Shown one piece after another: positions 1 to 9,143 of a DNA stretch of 35,565 nucleotides. The first letter of the stretch is position 1. Every line of letters begins with the position of its first letter. Below the pieces are notes generated by a model, which searched no databases, had not been told where the DNA came from, and worked only from the letters and a program-made list of their open reading frames with translations. The stretch spans positions 1 through 35,565 of the forward strand of contig PFKL01000119.1 in NCBI GenBank assembly GCA_002784245.1, given 5' to 3'. The position numbers and the translations under genes were made by a program. The DNA is from Comamonadaceae bacterium CG_4_10_14_3_um_filter_60_75. GTDB lineage: Bacteria > Pseudomonadota > Gammaproteobacteria > Burkholderiales > Burkholderiaceae_C.

Positions 1-469
1 CGCATTTGCGACCCACCGACAGGGCGGCATCCACTTCTTCGATGCTCAGGCCTTTGATTGGGTTGTCTTTGTTGACTAAAACAGCCAGTGCATCGATGGC
101 CACACCCACAGCGGTGGGCTTGTAGCCGTGCTTCTTCTCAAAGCTCTCAACTTCCTTGGCCGTCATCATGCGGCTCATCGGACCAAAGTTGGATGCACCT
201 TCGGTCAAGGCGGGCGGCGCGGTAGAAGAGCCGGCACCCTGAATCTGGATGTTGACGTTGGGGTACAGACGCTTGTATTCCTCGGCCCAAAGGGTCATCA
301 GGTTGTTCAGGGTGTCAGAGCCCACGCTTGTGAAGTTGCCAGAAATGCCCGCAGCCTTTTGGTACACCGGCAAAGCGGCATCCACTTGAACGGCCTGTGC
401 AAACGCAGTACCTTGGGCGACGAAAGCCATCGCCACGGCGGTACAAGAGAATAGTGATTTCAATTTCAT
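1..469 (-). CDS. pstS: Phosphate ABC transporter substrate-binding protein, 5' part (3' end runs off the window)
   Basis: Not in the ORF track. Manual translation from ATG at 469: [91 protein letters not shown]...GPMSR...AIDALAV. Signal peptide, PstS-family GSDT/GSS motifs, upstream Pho box. Confidence 0.9.
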   Translation of the reverse strand, partial: MKLKSLFSCTAVAMAFVAQGTAFAQAVQVDAALPVYQKAAGISGNFTSVGSDTLNNLMTLWAEEYKRLYPNVNIQIQGAGSSTAPPALTEGASNFGPMSRMMTAKEVESFEKKHGYKPTAVGVAIDALAVLVNKDNPIKGLSIEEVDAALSVGRKC

Positions 470-532
470 GGGTCAGTTCCTGTTGGGTTGAGTTGCTTTG
501 CGTTGAATGAAATTCGTTCATTCAGCGGACGA

Positions 533-566
533 ACTGTAAGTGGCTAATGTGAAACTTTTATGACAG
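533..566 (-). promoter_or_regulatory. Pho box and -10 element of the pstS promoter
   Basis: Minus strand CTGTCAT-AAAA-GTTTCAC (566..549) matches the PhoB consensus CTGTCAT-A(A/T)A(A/T)-CTGTCA(C/T). TACAGT (538..533) follows after 10 nt. Confidence 0.85.
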
Positions 567-766
567 GTTTGAGAAATATGGCATCCAGTTCCCGGTTTTG
601 CCTTGTCTGTGCAAAAGCTGCCTTGCAAGTCGCCTTGGTACAAAGTCGCAAACAACAAGTTGTTGCTTTGCGAGAACTTGGCCAGTTTGATTCTGGAAAA
701 AAAGGGGGTGTCGCGCCTGAAGAACCACGCCTGTCTCTACTTTGATCGGCCCTGCGGCGGCTTTTT

Positions 767-800
767 TTGTCATAAAAATGTCGCATTGATGTCTTAAACT
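767..800 (+). promoter_or_regulatory. Pho box and -10 element of the phoU-phoB-phoR promoter
   Basis: TTGTCAT-AAAA-ATGTCGC at 767..784, then 10 nt, then TAAACT at 795..800. Same geometry as the pstS box. Confidence 0.8.
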
Positions 801-877
801 AGGCTTGGCCCAGGGAGGCGTAAGCTTACATCACCGGGCGCTTTGGTTAATTGGTGGCGACCAGACAAGGAAACAAC

Positions 878-1579
878 ATGAGCGACAAGCATTTATCAAC
901 CCAGTTTGACAGTGAATTGGGCGACGTTTCTTCCCGAGTGATGCAAATGGGGGGCTTAGTCGAATCGCAGATTCACAGAGCCATTTATGCGCTATCCGAA
1001 TTCAGTGTCGAGTCAGCCAATGAGGTTACGGCAGCGGAGAGCAAAGTCAATGCCATGGAGGTAGAGATTGACCGCGAGCTCTCCAGCATCATTGCCCGGC
1101 GCCAACCCACAGCGCGCGATTTGCGCCTGTTGATTGCTATCTCCAAGGCAACTGCCAACCTGGAACGGGTGGGTGACGAGGCAGAGAAAATTGCCCGCAT
1201 GGTGCGCTCCATCATTCAGAGTGGCTCGCCGCGGTCGCTGCCGTCCATGGAACTTCGGGTTGCCGCTGACATGGCCTCGGGCCAGTTGCGCAAGGCGCTT
1301 GATGCATTCGCCCGTCTTGACACGGCAACCGCTTTGGCTATTTTGAAGGAAGACGATTTGATCGACCGGGAATTCGATGGTTTTGTGCGCAAACTCATCA
1401 CTTACATGATGGAAGACCCGCGCACCATCTCGCCCAGCCTTGACTTGTTGTTTTTGGCCAAGGCCATCGAGCGGATCGGCGATCACGCCAAAAACATTGC
1501 CGAGCTGATCATCTACATCGTCAAAGGTGCAGATGTGCGTCACTCGTCCATGGAACAGATCGAATCGGCCGTGAAATGA
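878..1579 (+). CDS. phoU: Phosphate signalling complex protein PhoU
   Basis: MSDKHLSTQFD..., two PhoU repeats (ARRQPTARDLR, LERVGD; AIERIGDHAKNIAE). ATG at 878 follows an AAGGA SD. Confidence 0.97.
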   Translation: MSDKHLSTQFDSELGDVSSRVMQMGGLVESQIHRAIYALSEFSVESANEVTAAESKVNAMEVEIDRELSSIIARRQPTARDLRLLIAISKATANLERVGDEAEKIARMVRSIIQSGSPRSLPSMELRVAADMASGQLRKALDAFARLDTATALAILKEDDLIDREFDGFVRKLITYMMEDPRTISPSLDLLFLAKAIERIGDHAKNIAELIIYIVKGADVRHSSMEQIESAVK

Positions 1580-2295
1580 GGCGGGTGCCAACCGTTCTGA
1601 TCGTTGAAGACGAGCCGAGCATCGCCGAGTTGATCTCCGTTAACCTGCGGCACAGTGGTTTCCGTCCGATCTGGGCTATGGACGCCGTGACAGCCCAGGC
1701 TGAGCTGGAAGCCGCTTTGCCAGACGTCATTTTGTTGGACTGGATGCTGCCTGGAGAATCGGGCTTGACGCTGGCCAAGCGCTGGCGCGCGCATTCGCGC
1801 AGCAAGACGGTGCCGATCATCATGTTGACTGCGCGCGGCGATGAGGTTGACCGAGTGGCCGGGTTAGACGCGGGTGCCGACGATTACATTGCCAAACCTT
1901 TCTCCACCAAGGAGTTGCTGGCCCGCATCCGCGCCGTCTTGCGCCGGCGAGCACCCGAGCAGGACGTTTCGGTCGTGACGATGGGCAAGCTTGCTTTGGA
2001 TTCAGCGACCTACCGTGTCACCTTTGACGAGCAGCCGATCAAGCTCGGCCCCACGGAGTACAAGCTGTTGCTTTACCTGATGACGCACGCCGAACGCGTA
2101 CACAGTCGTGCGCAGCTGCTGGATCAAGTCTGGGGTGACCATGTTTTTATCGAAGAACGCACCGTCGATGTTCACGTCAAGCGTCTGCGCGAAGCACTTG
2201 GCGAATCGGCAGCGGCGATGATAGAAACCGTGCGCGGCGCCGGTTATCGGCTCACCGCCCAAAGCGCCAAGACGCAGTCAACGGCGGTCGCTTAA
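1576..2295 (+). CDS. phoB: Phosphate regulon response regulator PhoB
   Basis: Receiver domain (IVEDE, LLDWMLP) and OmpR-type winged helix (VWGDHVFIEERTVDVHVKRLR). ATGA overlap with the phoU stop. Confidence 0.97.
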   Translation: MRRVPTVLIVEDEPSIAELISVNLRHSGFRPIWAMDAVTAQAELEAALPDVILLDWMLPGESGLTLAKRWRAHSRSKTVPIIMLTARGDEVDRVAGLDAGADDYIAKPFSTKELLARIRAVLRRRAPEQDVSVVTMGKLALDSATYRVTFDEQPIKLGPTEYKLLLYLMTHAERVHSRAQLLDQVWGDHVFIEERTVDVHVKRLREALGESAAAMIETVRGAGYRLTAQSAKTQSTAVA

Positions 2296-2322
2296 AGCCG
2301 CTAACACACACGGCGATTGCCC

Positions 2323-3654
2323 ATGTTTTTGCGCATCGGCACTTTTGTCGGTTATCAGGCGCTAGGCGCGGTAGCAGGGTGGCTGCTGAGCTACCGGGCT
2401 GATAGCCATGTTGCAGCTTTGTGGGGTAGCCTGCTGGGCGCGGCAATCTGGTTTGTGCTTGACGGCATGCGTGCGGCCAGGACGCTGCGTTGCCTGCGAT
2501 CAGAAGGCGCATTCATCGATCAGCGCAACAGCGGCGTCTGGAGTGAATTGTTGGCGCGTGCGGGGCGCTTGTATCGGTCAAAAGACAAGGCGCGGGCTGA
2601 GGCAGAAAACCGCTTGCAGGATTTTTTGTCAGCCTTACAGGCCTCGCCCAACGGCGTTGTATTGCTCGACAAGGCCCATTGCATTGAGTGGTGCAACCAG
2701 ACTGCGGCAACGCATTTTGGTCTGGATCTGGGGCGCGATTTATTGCAGAACATCGGCAACCTGGTACGAGACCCTGGCTTTGCCACTTATCTTGCAGCGC
2801 GCGATTTCAACCAGGAGCTGCTGCTGCCTGGTCGCCACAACACGCCATCACGGCCAGTGCGCTTGTCGCTGCAAATCCACCCCTACGGCGGCGGCCGCCT
2901 GTTGCTGCTGTCACGCGACGTGACCGCGCTAGAGCGGGCCGAAACCATGCGCCGTGATTTTGTCGCCAACGTGTCGCACGAGATCCGCACGCCGCTGACG
3001 GTGTTGTCGGGTTTCGTCGAAACGCTGCAAACGCTGGAGCTCAGCGACTCCGAGCGCGCCGATTACCTGGTTTTGATGGCACAACAAGCCTCGCGCATGC
3101 AGAGTCTGGTCGATGACTTGCTCACCTTGTCCCGGCTGGAGGGCAGTCCGATACCGGCCACCGATACATGGACGTCGACGCGCGACATCATGCGTCGGCT
3201 GGAGCAGGAGGCGCGCGCGCTATCGAAGCTGATTTGCAGCGATGCGCCAGCGCAACAACTGCATTTTGACTGCCAGTTTGACGGCGAACTTTCTGGTGGA
3301 GCCAGCGAGTTGCAAAGCGCCATGGGCAACTTGGTAAGCAATGCGGTGCGTTACACGCCAGCGGGCGGACAGATCAACGTGATGATGTGCCTGCTTGGCG
3401 ATGGTCAGTTGTTTTTTGAAGTCCGTGACAGTGGCCCTGGCATCTCCAGTGAGCACCTGCCACGCTTGACCGAGCGTTTTTACCGGGTCGACCGCAGCCG
3501 TTCGCGCGAGACCGGCGGCACCGGTTTGGGACTGGCCATCGTCAAGCACGTGGCGCAGCGTCATGGTGCCGAACTGTCGATCGACAGCAAGCTGGGCCAT
3601 GGGTCAACGTTCGGCCTGCTTTTCCCGACGATGCGGGTGCGCGCAACACAATGA
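2323..3654 (+). CDS. phoR: Phosphate regulon sensor histidine kinase PhoR
   Basis: N-terminal TM segments, PAS, H-box RRDFVANVSHEIRTPLT, ATPase motif RFYRVDRSRSRETGGTGLGLAIVKH. Follows phoB. Confidence 0.96.
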   Translation: MFLRIGTFVGYQALGAVAGWLLSYRADSHVAALWGSLLGAAIWFVLDGMRAARTLRCLRSEGAFIDQRNSGVWSELLARAGRLYRSKDKARAEAENRLQDFLSALQASPNGVVLLDKAHCIEWCNQTAATHFGLDLGRDLLQNIGNLVRDPGFATYLAARDFNQELLLPGRHNTPSRPVRLSLQIHPYGGGRLLLLSRDVTALERAETMRRDFVANVSHEIRTPLTVLSGFVETLQTLELSDSERADYLVLMAQQASRMQSLVDDLLTLSRLEGSPIPATDTWTSTRDIMRRLEQEARALSKLICSDAPAQQLHFDCQFDGELSGGASELQSAMGNLVSNAVRYTPAGGQINVMMCLLGDGQLFFEVRDSGPGISSEHLPRLTERFYRVDRSRSRETGGTGLGLAIVKHVAQRHGAELSIDSKLGHGSTFGLLFPTMRVRATQ

Positions 3655-3659
3655 GCTGT

Positions 3660-5366
3660 TCAGTTGGCTTCTTTGCGTTCAAACAGCAACAATTTTTCTT
3701 GCATGTTTGCTGGGTGACTAAAGACCGCGTGCAGTTGCCAGGGTCGGTCGGGGATAAAGCCAGCGGTCACGTTCGTATCTTCACCATCGGCGATCAACCA
3801 GGGGCATTTGACGCCGGTTTCAAAAGGTTTGACCTTGAGCCCGCCGTGAAACTGAAAAGCAGCAATCTGACTGCGTTTGAGTCCCAACGTTGAAACGCAG
3901 GTGACCCGCTCAGGCATCAGCGCGCTAGCCTGCTTGACCATGGGTGCATAACTGCGCGCGTAGTCCAGCAGCGGCAGCCACAAGGTCATCAACAGCAGCC
4001 AACACAACGCAGCGCCGCCAGCGGGCAAGACCAGACTTTTCCAGAGTGCATAGCGATGCCGACCAACACGCCATTTGACCAACCAAGCCCAAGTCAGACT
4101 TGCGCCAAAAGCTATTAAAAACAAAGCAAGAGAAAAGCTGTGAACAAAACCTGGTGCCAGCCGTGCAACGTTTTGCGCCGGTTGTGCAGGAATGCCGGTT
4201 TGCAGCGAAATCCAGACCACCCAGATGATCAGGGCGCAGCCGCTGAAAAAAATCAGGGTGAACCAGTCAATCAGCGCCGACACGCTGCGCCTGAGTGTGG
4301 GCAGCGCAAAAGCAGCCAATGCCGCCAGTGCCGGCAGTGCCAACAGCAGCGAGCGATCGGCAGCATCGGTGGACAGGGTGGCGGCGCTGGCCACCAGTAC
4401 GAACCACAGCGGCAGCCAGATGTGCCGGCCACCGAAATGCAGCCGCAGCCATTGGTGCCGCCAGCGCCACAGCGTCCAGACGGCCAACGGCCAGGCCGGC
4501 CAGGTAAACCATAAAAACAGGCGCCCAAGGCTCTGCCACTGCGCTGTCGCCTGCGGTAAATCAATGCGCCATTGCCAAAGGCCAAGCCGGGAAGCCATCA
4601 GCGCGCTCAGCACAGTCATGGCCAGGACGCCCAGGGCCCGGCGCTTGCGCGCTTTGGCGTCCTGCGCGGTGCCTGCTTTCTCAAGCAGGTAGACGGCGGC
4701 ACAGCCCAAACCCAAAGCCAAAGAGATGCTGGGGGCGCCTGAGAGCGTCAAGCCGAATAGCCCGATGGCGGCTGTCATTGCGGGCGTGAGAGTGCGTGTT
4801 GGCAAGGCGGCACTGGCGTAGAACAACAGCGCGGCAAAACACAGCTGCGCCAGTGCCGGTGTGGTTTCGTGCCCCAACTGTGCCAGCCCCAGGCAGGCCA
4901 TCAGGGCCAGCAAACCGCCGTCCGCCACCGCACGGGCGTAGTCAGTGGGTTTGGCCTCACCGCCAAAAGCGAAGGCGACCGGTTGCGCCAGCGGACTGCG
5001 CGCCAGGTAATACGTGGCGTACCAAGTGGCGATCATCGCCGTGGCCAGCAAGGCAATATAGGGCAGACGCACTGCCAAGTCAGCTGTCAACCAGGGCGGC
5101 GCTACTTTGATGGTCCAGGCACCCAGCCAATACGGCAGCAGCGCGTCGATTTCAGGCTTGACGCCACCAAGGGTGGGGTTAAACCAGTCGGCCGTGCCAC
5201 GCGCAAGTTCGGCCATGTACCCGAACGCAGTCAGGTCTTCGCGTTTCCAGGGACCACGCCCAAGAAAGCCGGGTAACAAATAGACCAGTCCAAAAGCCCA
5301 CAAAGCCCAGCGCGGCAGACGACGGGTTGCGTTCTGGGCAACGATGGCGGGGGTAGGCTGATTCAC
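3660..5366 (-). CDS. ArnT/PMT-like (GT39/GT83) polytopic membrane glycosyltransferase
   Basis: Long hydrophobic multi-TM ORF with an N-terminal PWK...D periplasmic loop. GTG start at 5366 (VNQPTPAIVAQ) preferred because the longer ORF start overlaps the rpmE2 terminator. Confidence 0.7.
   Translation of the reverse strand: MNQPTPAIVAQNATRRLPRWALWAFGLVYLLPGFLGRGPWKREDLTAFGYMAELARGTADWFNPTLGGVKPEIDALLPYWLGAWTIKVAPPWLTADLAVRLPYIALLATAMIATWYATYYLARSPLAQPVAFAFGGEAKPTDYARAVADGGLLALMACLGLAQLGHETTPALAQLCFAALLFYASAALPTRTLTPAMTAAIGLFGLTLSGAPSISLALGLGCAAVYLLEKAGTAQDAKARKRRALGVLAMTVLSALMASRLGLWQWRIDLPQATAQWQSLGRLFLWFTWPAWPLAVWTLWRWRHQWLRLHFGGRHIWLPLWFVLVASAATLSTDAADRSLLLALPALAALAAFALPTLRRSVSALIDWFTLIFFSGCALIIWVVWISLQTGIPAQPAQNVARLAPGFVHSFSLALFLIAFGASLTWAWLVKWRVGRHRYALWKSLVLPAGGAALCWLLLMTLWLPLLDYARSYAPMVKQASALMPERVTCVSTLGLKRSQIAAFQFHGGLKVKPFETGVKCPWLIADGEDTNVTAGFIPDRPWQLHAVFSHPANMQEKLLLFERKEAN
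4086..4128 (+). repeat. Dispersed 43-bp motif, copy 1 (inside the glycosyltransferase CDS, antisense)
   Basis: AGCCC AAGT CAGAC TTGCGC CAAA AGCT ATT AAAA ACA AAGCA; aligns without gaps to copies 2-5. Confidence 0.7.
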
Positions 5367-5401
5367 CGGCGCAACGTGTGGAGATGCGGTAGGGCTCAAA
5401 T

Positions 5402-5433
5402 AAAAAGGCAGCACGGGCTAACCCGGCTGCCTT
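5402..5433 (-). terminator. Intrinsic terminator of rpmE2
   Basis: Minus strand AAGGCAGC-CGGG-TTAG-CCCG-T-GCTGCCTT-TTT: GC-rich hairpin plus U tract, about 20 nt after the rpmE2 stop. Confidence 0.8.
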
Positions 5434-5453
5434 GCACAGAGCGCAAAAAATGC

Positions 5454-5711
5454 TTATTTGGCAGCGGTTTTGCCAAAGCGGTTGCGGAATTTCTCGACGC
5501 GACCGCCCATGTTGTCGACCGACTTTTGCGTGCCGGTGTAAAACGGATGCGATTCACTGGATGTATCGAGCTTGAACATAGGCAACTCACGGCCGTCTTC
5601 CATCTTGATCATTTCCTTGGTGTTGGCGCAGGAACGGGTCACGAACTTGAAACCATTAGACGAGTCCAGGAAACAAATTTCGCGGTAATTGGGGTGAATG
5701 CCTTCTTTCAT
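5454..5711 (-). CDS. rpmE2: 50S ribosomal protein L31 type B
   Basis: [12 protein letters not shown]...[13 protein letters not shown]...[12 protein letters not shown]. 85 aa, no paired CxxC zinc motif, GGAG SD. Confidence 0.96.
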   Translation of the reverse strand: MKEGIHPNYREICFLDSSNGFKFVTRSCANTKEMIKMEDGRELPMFKLDTSSESHPFYTGTQKSVDNMGGRVEKFRNRFGKTAAK

Positions 5712-5803
5712 GTCTTCTCCATCAGTTGCGTTAGCCGCGCCAGCCCTTGCTCAAACCGTTTGGGCAATTCAAAGCCAGACGTACTTGTCGCGTAAAACCG
5801 CGG

Positions 5804-5809
5804 ATTATA
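5804..5809 (-). promoter_or_regulatory. Putative sigma70 -10 (TATAAT) for rpmE2
   Basis: Perfect TATAAT on the minus strand just downstream of the rho stop, about 90 nt upstream of the rpmE2 ATG. Confidence 0.55.
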
Positions 5810-5817
5810 AGGCAGCT

Positions 5818-7083
5818 CTAGCCACCGCGACGCATCATGTCGAAGAACTCGCTGTTGGTCTTGGTGGCCTTCATTTGTTTGAGCACCATTTCCATCGCCT
5901 CGATTTCGTCCATGTTGTACAGGAACTGACGCAAGATACGCGTCTTTTGCAGAATTTCTGGCTGCAACAGCAACTCCTCACGGCGGGTGCCACTGCGGTT
6001 GAGCTGGATCGACGGAAACACGCGCTTTTCGTAAAGACGGCGGTCCAGGTGAATTTCAGAGTTACCGGTGCCTTTGAATTCTTCAAAGATCACTTCGTCC
6101 ATGCGGCTGCCGGTGTCAACCAAAGCGGTGGCGATGATGGTCAGCGAGCCGCCTTCTTCCACATTGCGGGCGGCACCCAAAAAGCGCTTGGGGCGTTGCA
6201 AGGCGTTGGCATCGACGCCGCCAGTGAGCACCTTGCCGCTGGAGGGCACCACGTTGTTGTAAGCGCGCGCCAGCCGGGTGATTGAGTCGAGCAGAATCAC
6301 CACGTCTTTTTTCAGTTCGACCAGGCGCTTGGCGCGCTCAATCACCATCTCGGCCACATGCACGTGTCGCGCTGCGGGTTCATCGAAGGTGGAGGCAATC
6401 ACCTCACCCTTGACGGTGCGCTGCATTTCGGTCACTTCTTCGGGGCGTTCATCGACCAGCAGCACCATCATGTAGCTGTCGGGGTAGTTTGCAGCAATGG
6501 CGTGGGCCATGTGCTGCATCATCACCGTTTTGCCGCTCTTGGGCGGTGCCACCAACAAGGCGCGTTGGCCTTTGCCGATGGGCGCGATGATGTCAATGAT
6601 GCGGCCGGTGATGTTCTCGTCGCTCTTGACGCCGTCGCGCTCCAGACGCATTTGTTCTTTGGGGAACAGCGGCGTCAGGTTTTCAAACATCACCTTGTGT
6701 TTGTTTTCTTCCGGGCCGCCACCGTTGACTTTTTCGAGCTTGTTCAGGGCAAAGTAGCGCTCGCCGTCTTTCGGGGTGCGCACTTCACCTTCGATCATGT
6801 CGCCGGTGTGCAGGTTGAAGCGGCGCACCTGGCTCGGGCTGATGTAGATGTCGTCGGTCGAGGCGGTGTAGCTGGTGTCGGGGCTACGCAGGAAGCCAAA
6901 ACCGTCAGGCAGAATCTCCAGCACGCCGTCGGCAAAAATTTGCTCGCCGGCCCTAGCACGTTTCTTGATGATGGCAAACATCAGCTCCTGTTTGCGCATG
7001 CGCCCGGTGTTTTCAATCTCAAGATCTTCGGCTTGCTTGAGGACTTCTGACACGTGCAGTGCCTTGAGTTCGTTGATGTGCAT
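5818..7083 (-). CDS. rho: Transcription termination factor Rho
   Basis: [29 protein letters not shown], Walker [30 protein letters not shown]. Confidence 0.99.
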   Translation of the reverse strand: MHINELKALHVSEVLKQAEDLEIENTGRMRKQELMFAIIKKRARAGEQIFADGVLEILPDGFGFLRSPDTSYTASTDDIYISPSQVRRFNLHTGDMIEGEVRTPKDGERYFALNKLEKVNGGGPEENKHKVMFENLTPLFPKEQMRLERDGVKSDENITGRIIDIIAPIGKGQRALLVAPPKSGKTVMMQHMAHAIAANYPDSYMMVLLVDERPEEVTEMQRTVKGEVIASTFDEPAARHVHVAEMVIERAKRLVELKKDVVILLDSITRLARAYNNVVPSSGKVLTGGVDANALQRPKRFLGAARNVEEGGSLTIIATALVDTGSRMDEVIFEEFKGTGNSEIHLDRRLYEKRVFPSIQLNRSGTRREELLLQPEILQKTRILRQFLYNMDEIEAMEMVLKQMKATKTNSEFFDMMRRGG

Positions 7084-7286
7084 GAGTTAACGCGTTCGTT
7101 GGAGAGAGCAATAAGGGGGAGGAGTTGGCGGCTTGACTTGTCTGGATGAAGTCCCATAAGCCGCTGCCTGCGACGCTGACCGCGCTTGAATAAAGTGCCA
7201 GCGAGCAACTAAATTATGACAGGAAAAAATCCCCGGATCACCTTCCGGGGCAGGGCGGGTGCACGCCATCCGCTAGCAAAACGCGA

Positions 7287-7619
7287 TCAAACCAATTGTT
7301 GGTCGATAAAAGCGGTCAACTGCGCCTTGCTCATGGCGCCCACTTTGGTCGCGGCCAGTTGGCCTTTTTTGAAGACCATCAGCGTCGGGATGCCACGAAT
7401 ACCAAACTTGGCCGGAATTTCGCGGTTCTCGTCGACGTTCATCTTGGCAATTTGAAGCTTGCCGTCGTAGCCGGTGGCTACCTCATCCAAAATGGGGGCG
7501 ATCATTTTGCATGGGCCACACCATTCGGCCCAATAGTCCACCAGCACGGGGACATCTGATTGCAAAACATCGCTCTCGAAAGAGGCGTCAGACACGTGTT
7601 TGATGAGTTCACTGGCCAT
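7287..7619 (-). CDS. trxA: Thioredoxin TrxA
   Basis: [13 protein letters not shown] active site; canonical trxA-rho order. Confidence 0.98.
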   Translation of the reverse strand: MASELIKHVSDASFESDVLQSDVPVLVDYWAEWCGPCKMIAPILDEVATGYDGKLQIAKMNVDENREIPAKFGIRGIPTLMVFKKGQLAATKVGAMSKAQLTAFIDQQLV

Positions 7620-7743
7620 GATTTTCCTGTTGGTGATTAAAAAAGATGGCGAAATTGTGACAGAAAGCGCAAAGACCCATCAATGGCGGCCAGTTACCAT
7701 GCCGAAGCCGCCAACACATTTTGACTGTGCGGCCAAAAACTTT

Positions 7744-9027
7744 ATGAAACATGTTGCGATTGTGGGGGGTGGCCCGGCCGGATTGATGGCCGCAGAAGTC
7801 TTGTCACAAGCTGGTGTGTCGGTATCGGTATTTGATGCCATGCCCAGTGTCGGGCGCAAATTTTTGCTCGCTGGCAAGGGCGGCTTGAACCTGACCCATT
7901 CCGAGAACGCCGACGCTTTTGCAGCACGCTACGGCAAGCGGCGCAGCCAGATCAAGCCGCTGCTGAGCGCTTTTGGCGCCGACGACGTGCGCTCCTGGGC
8001 GCGTGGGCTTGGCGTGGAAACTTTTGTGGGCAGTTCTGGCCGCGTGTTTCCCGTGGACATGAAAGCAGCGCCGTTGCTGCGTGCCTGGCTGCAGCGGTTG
8101 CGTCATCCCGCCAGCGGCGTAGGCGTGCAGTTCTGCATGCGCCACCGCTGGGTCGGGTGGCCTGCAGACGTGCCAAATCCTGCTGCGCTGGATTTTTCGA
8201 CGCCCCATGGTTCAGTGCAGGTGCAAGCCGATGCTGTGGTGTTGGCGCTGGGTGGCGGCAGTTGGGCCCGACTGGGCTCTGACGGTGCCTGGCTGCCCTG
8301 GCTACAAGCGCGCGGCGTGGCGGTTGCGCCGTTGCTGCCGGCCAATTGCGGCTTTGACATCAAAGGTGGCTGGAGCGCTTATTTTGCCGAACGGTTTGCG
8401 GGGCAACCGTTCAAGTCGGTGGCGATTTCAGTGCCGGGGCCGCAGGGCGAGCGCTTTGCGCGCAAAGGCGAATTTGTGGCAACCGCCACTGGCGTTGAAG
8501 GTAGCTTGGTTTATGCGGCGTCAGCCCTGCTGCGCGACGACATTTTGGCGAGTGGTGCAGCCAGTTTTAAGGTGGATTTGTTGCCTGATCGCTCCCCTGC
8601 ATGGGTGCTGGCCGAGGTCGCGCATCCCCGTGGCGCGCGATCGCTCTCCAGCCACCTCAAGAGCCGCTTGCACTTGGAGGGCATCAAAACCGCGCTGCTG
8701 CACGAGGTGTTGACCAAAGAACAGCTGCACGACCCGGTAGCCTTGGCACAGGCCATCAAGGCGCTGCCCATTGCACTGCAAGCCACCCGACCGCTTGACG
8801 AGGCGATCAGCACCGCGGGCGGCGTGTTGTTTGCGGCGATGGACAGCCAGCTGATGCTGCTCGAGCGGCCAGGGGTGTTTTGTGCCGGCGAAATGCTTGA
8901 CTGGGAGGCGCCCACCGGCGGTTACCTGCTGACAGGATGTCTGACCAGTGGCCATGCAGCAGGCTTGGGTGTGCTCAATTATTTGCAAAAAATAAGTCAT
9001 AGGCCCTCGTCAGACAAGCGGTCTTAG
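7744..9027 (+). CDS. HI0933/TIGR03862-like NAD(P)/FAD-dependent flavoprotein
   Basis: MKHVAIVGGGPAGLMAA Rossmann motif, GRKFLLAGKGGLNLTH, GSSGRVFP, EAISTAGGV, GEMLDWEAPTGGYLL. Confidence 0.88.
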   Translation: MKHVAIVGGGPAGLMAAEVLSQAGVSVSVFDAMPSVGRKFLLAGKGGLNLTHSENADAFAARYGKRRSQIKPLLSAFGADDVRSWARGLGVETFVGSSGRVFPVDMKAAPLLRAWLQRLRHPASGVGVQFCMRHRWVGWPADVPNPAALDFSTPHGSVQVQADAVVLALGGGSWARLGSDGAWLPWLQARGVAVAPLLPANCGFDIKGGWSAYFAERFAGQPFKSVAISVPGPQGERFARKGEFVATATGVEGSLVYAASALLRDDILASGAASFKVDLLPDRSPAWVLAEVAHPRGARSLSSHLKSRLHLEGIKTALLHEVLTKEQLHDPVALAQAIKALPIALQATRPLDEAISTAGGVLFAAMDSQLMLLERPGVFCAGEMLDWEAPTGGYLLTGCLTSGHAAGLGVLNYLQKISHRPSSDKRS

Positions 9028-9044
9028 CTACTATTTATGAAGTA
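9002..9044 (+). repeat. Dispersed 43-bp motif, copy 2 (overlaps the flavoprotein 3' end and supplies its TAG stop)
   Basis: GGCCC TCGT CAGAC AAGCGG TCTT AGCT ACT ATTT ATG AAGTA, preceded by an A tract. Confidence 0.7.
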
Positions 9045-9143
9045 AACCGACATCCTTGGACGCCAGTTTTCTATTGCGCCATTCACCGTGGCAGGCAACA
9101 GGGAGACACTTGTTATATTCGGTCTTTTTAAGGGAAAACCCGT

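Noticed and set aside
128-454. 108-aa plus-strand ORF
   Set aside because: Antisense shadow of pstS, which the ORF track missed because it runs off the window.
544-797. Short ORFs in the pstS-phoU intergenic region
   Set aside because: No recognisable motifs or SD; they overlap both Pho-box promoters.
2365-2407. AGCT-N10-TAGC in the 5' part of phoR
   Set aside because: The spacer is GC-rich and the GCGC block is missing; consistent with chance.
7600-7743. N-terminal extensions given in the ORF track (flavoprotein; also SDR, aminotransferase, cbiX, lptG, rluA)
   Set aside because: The extensions overlap neighbouring genes or promoters; family motifs begin at the downstream starts used here.
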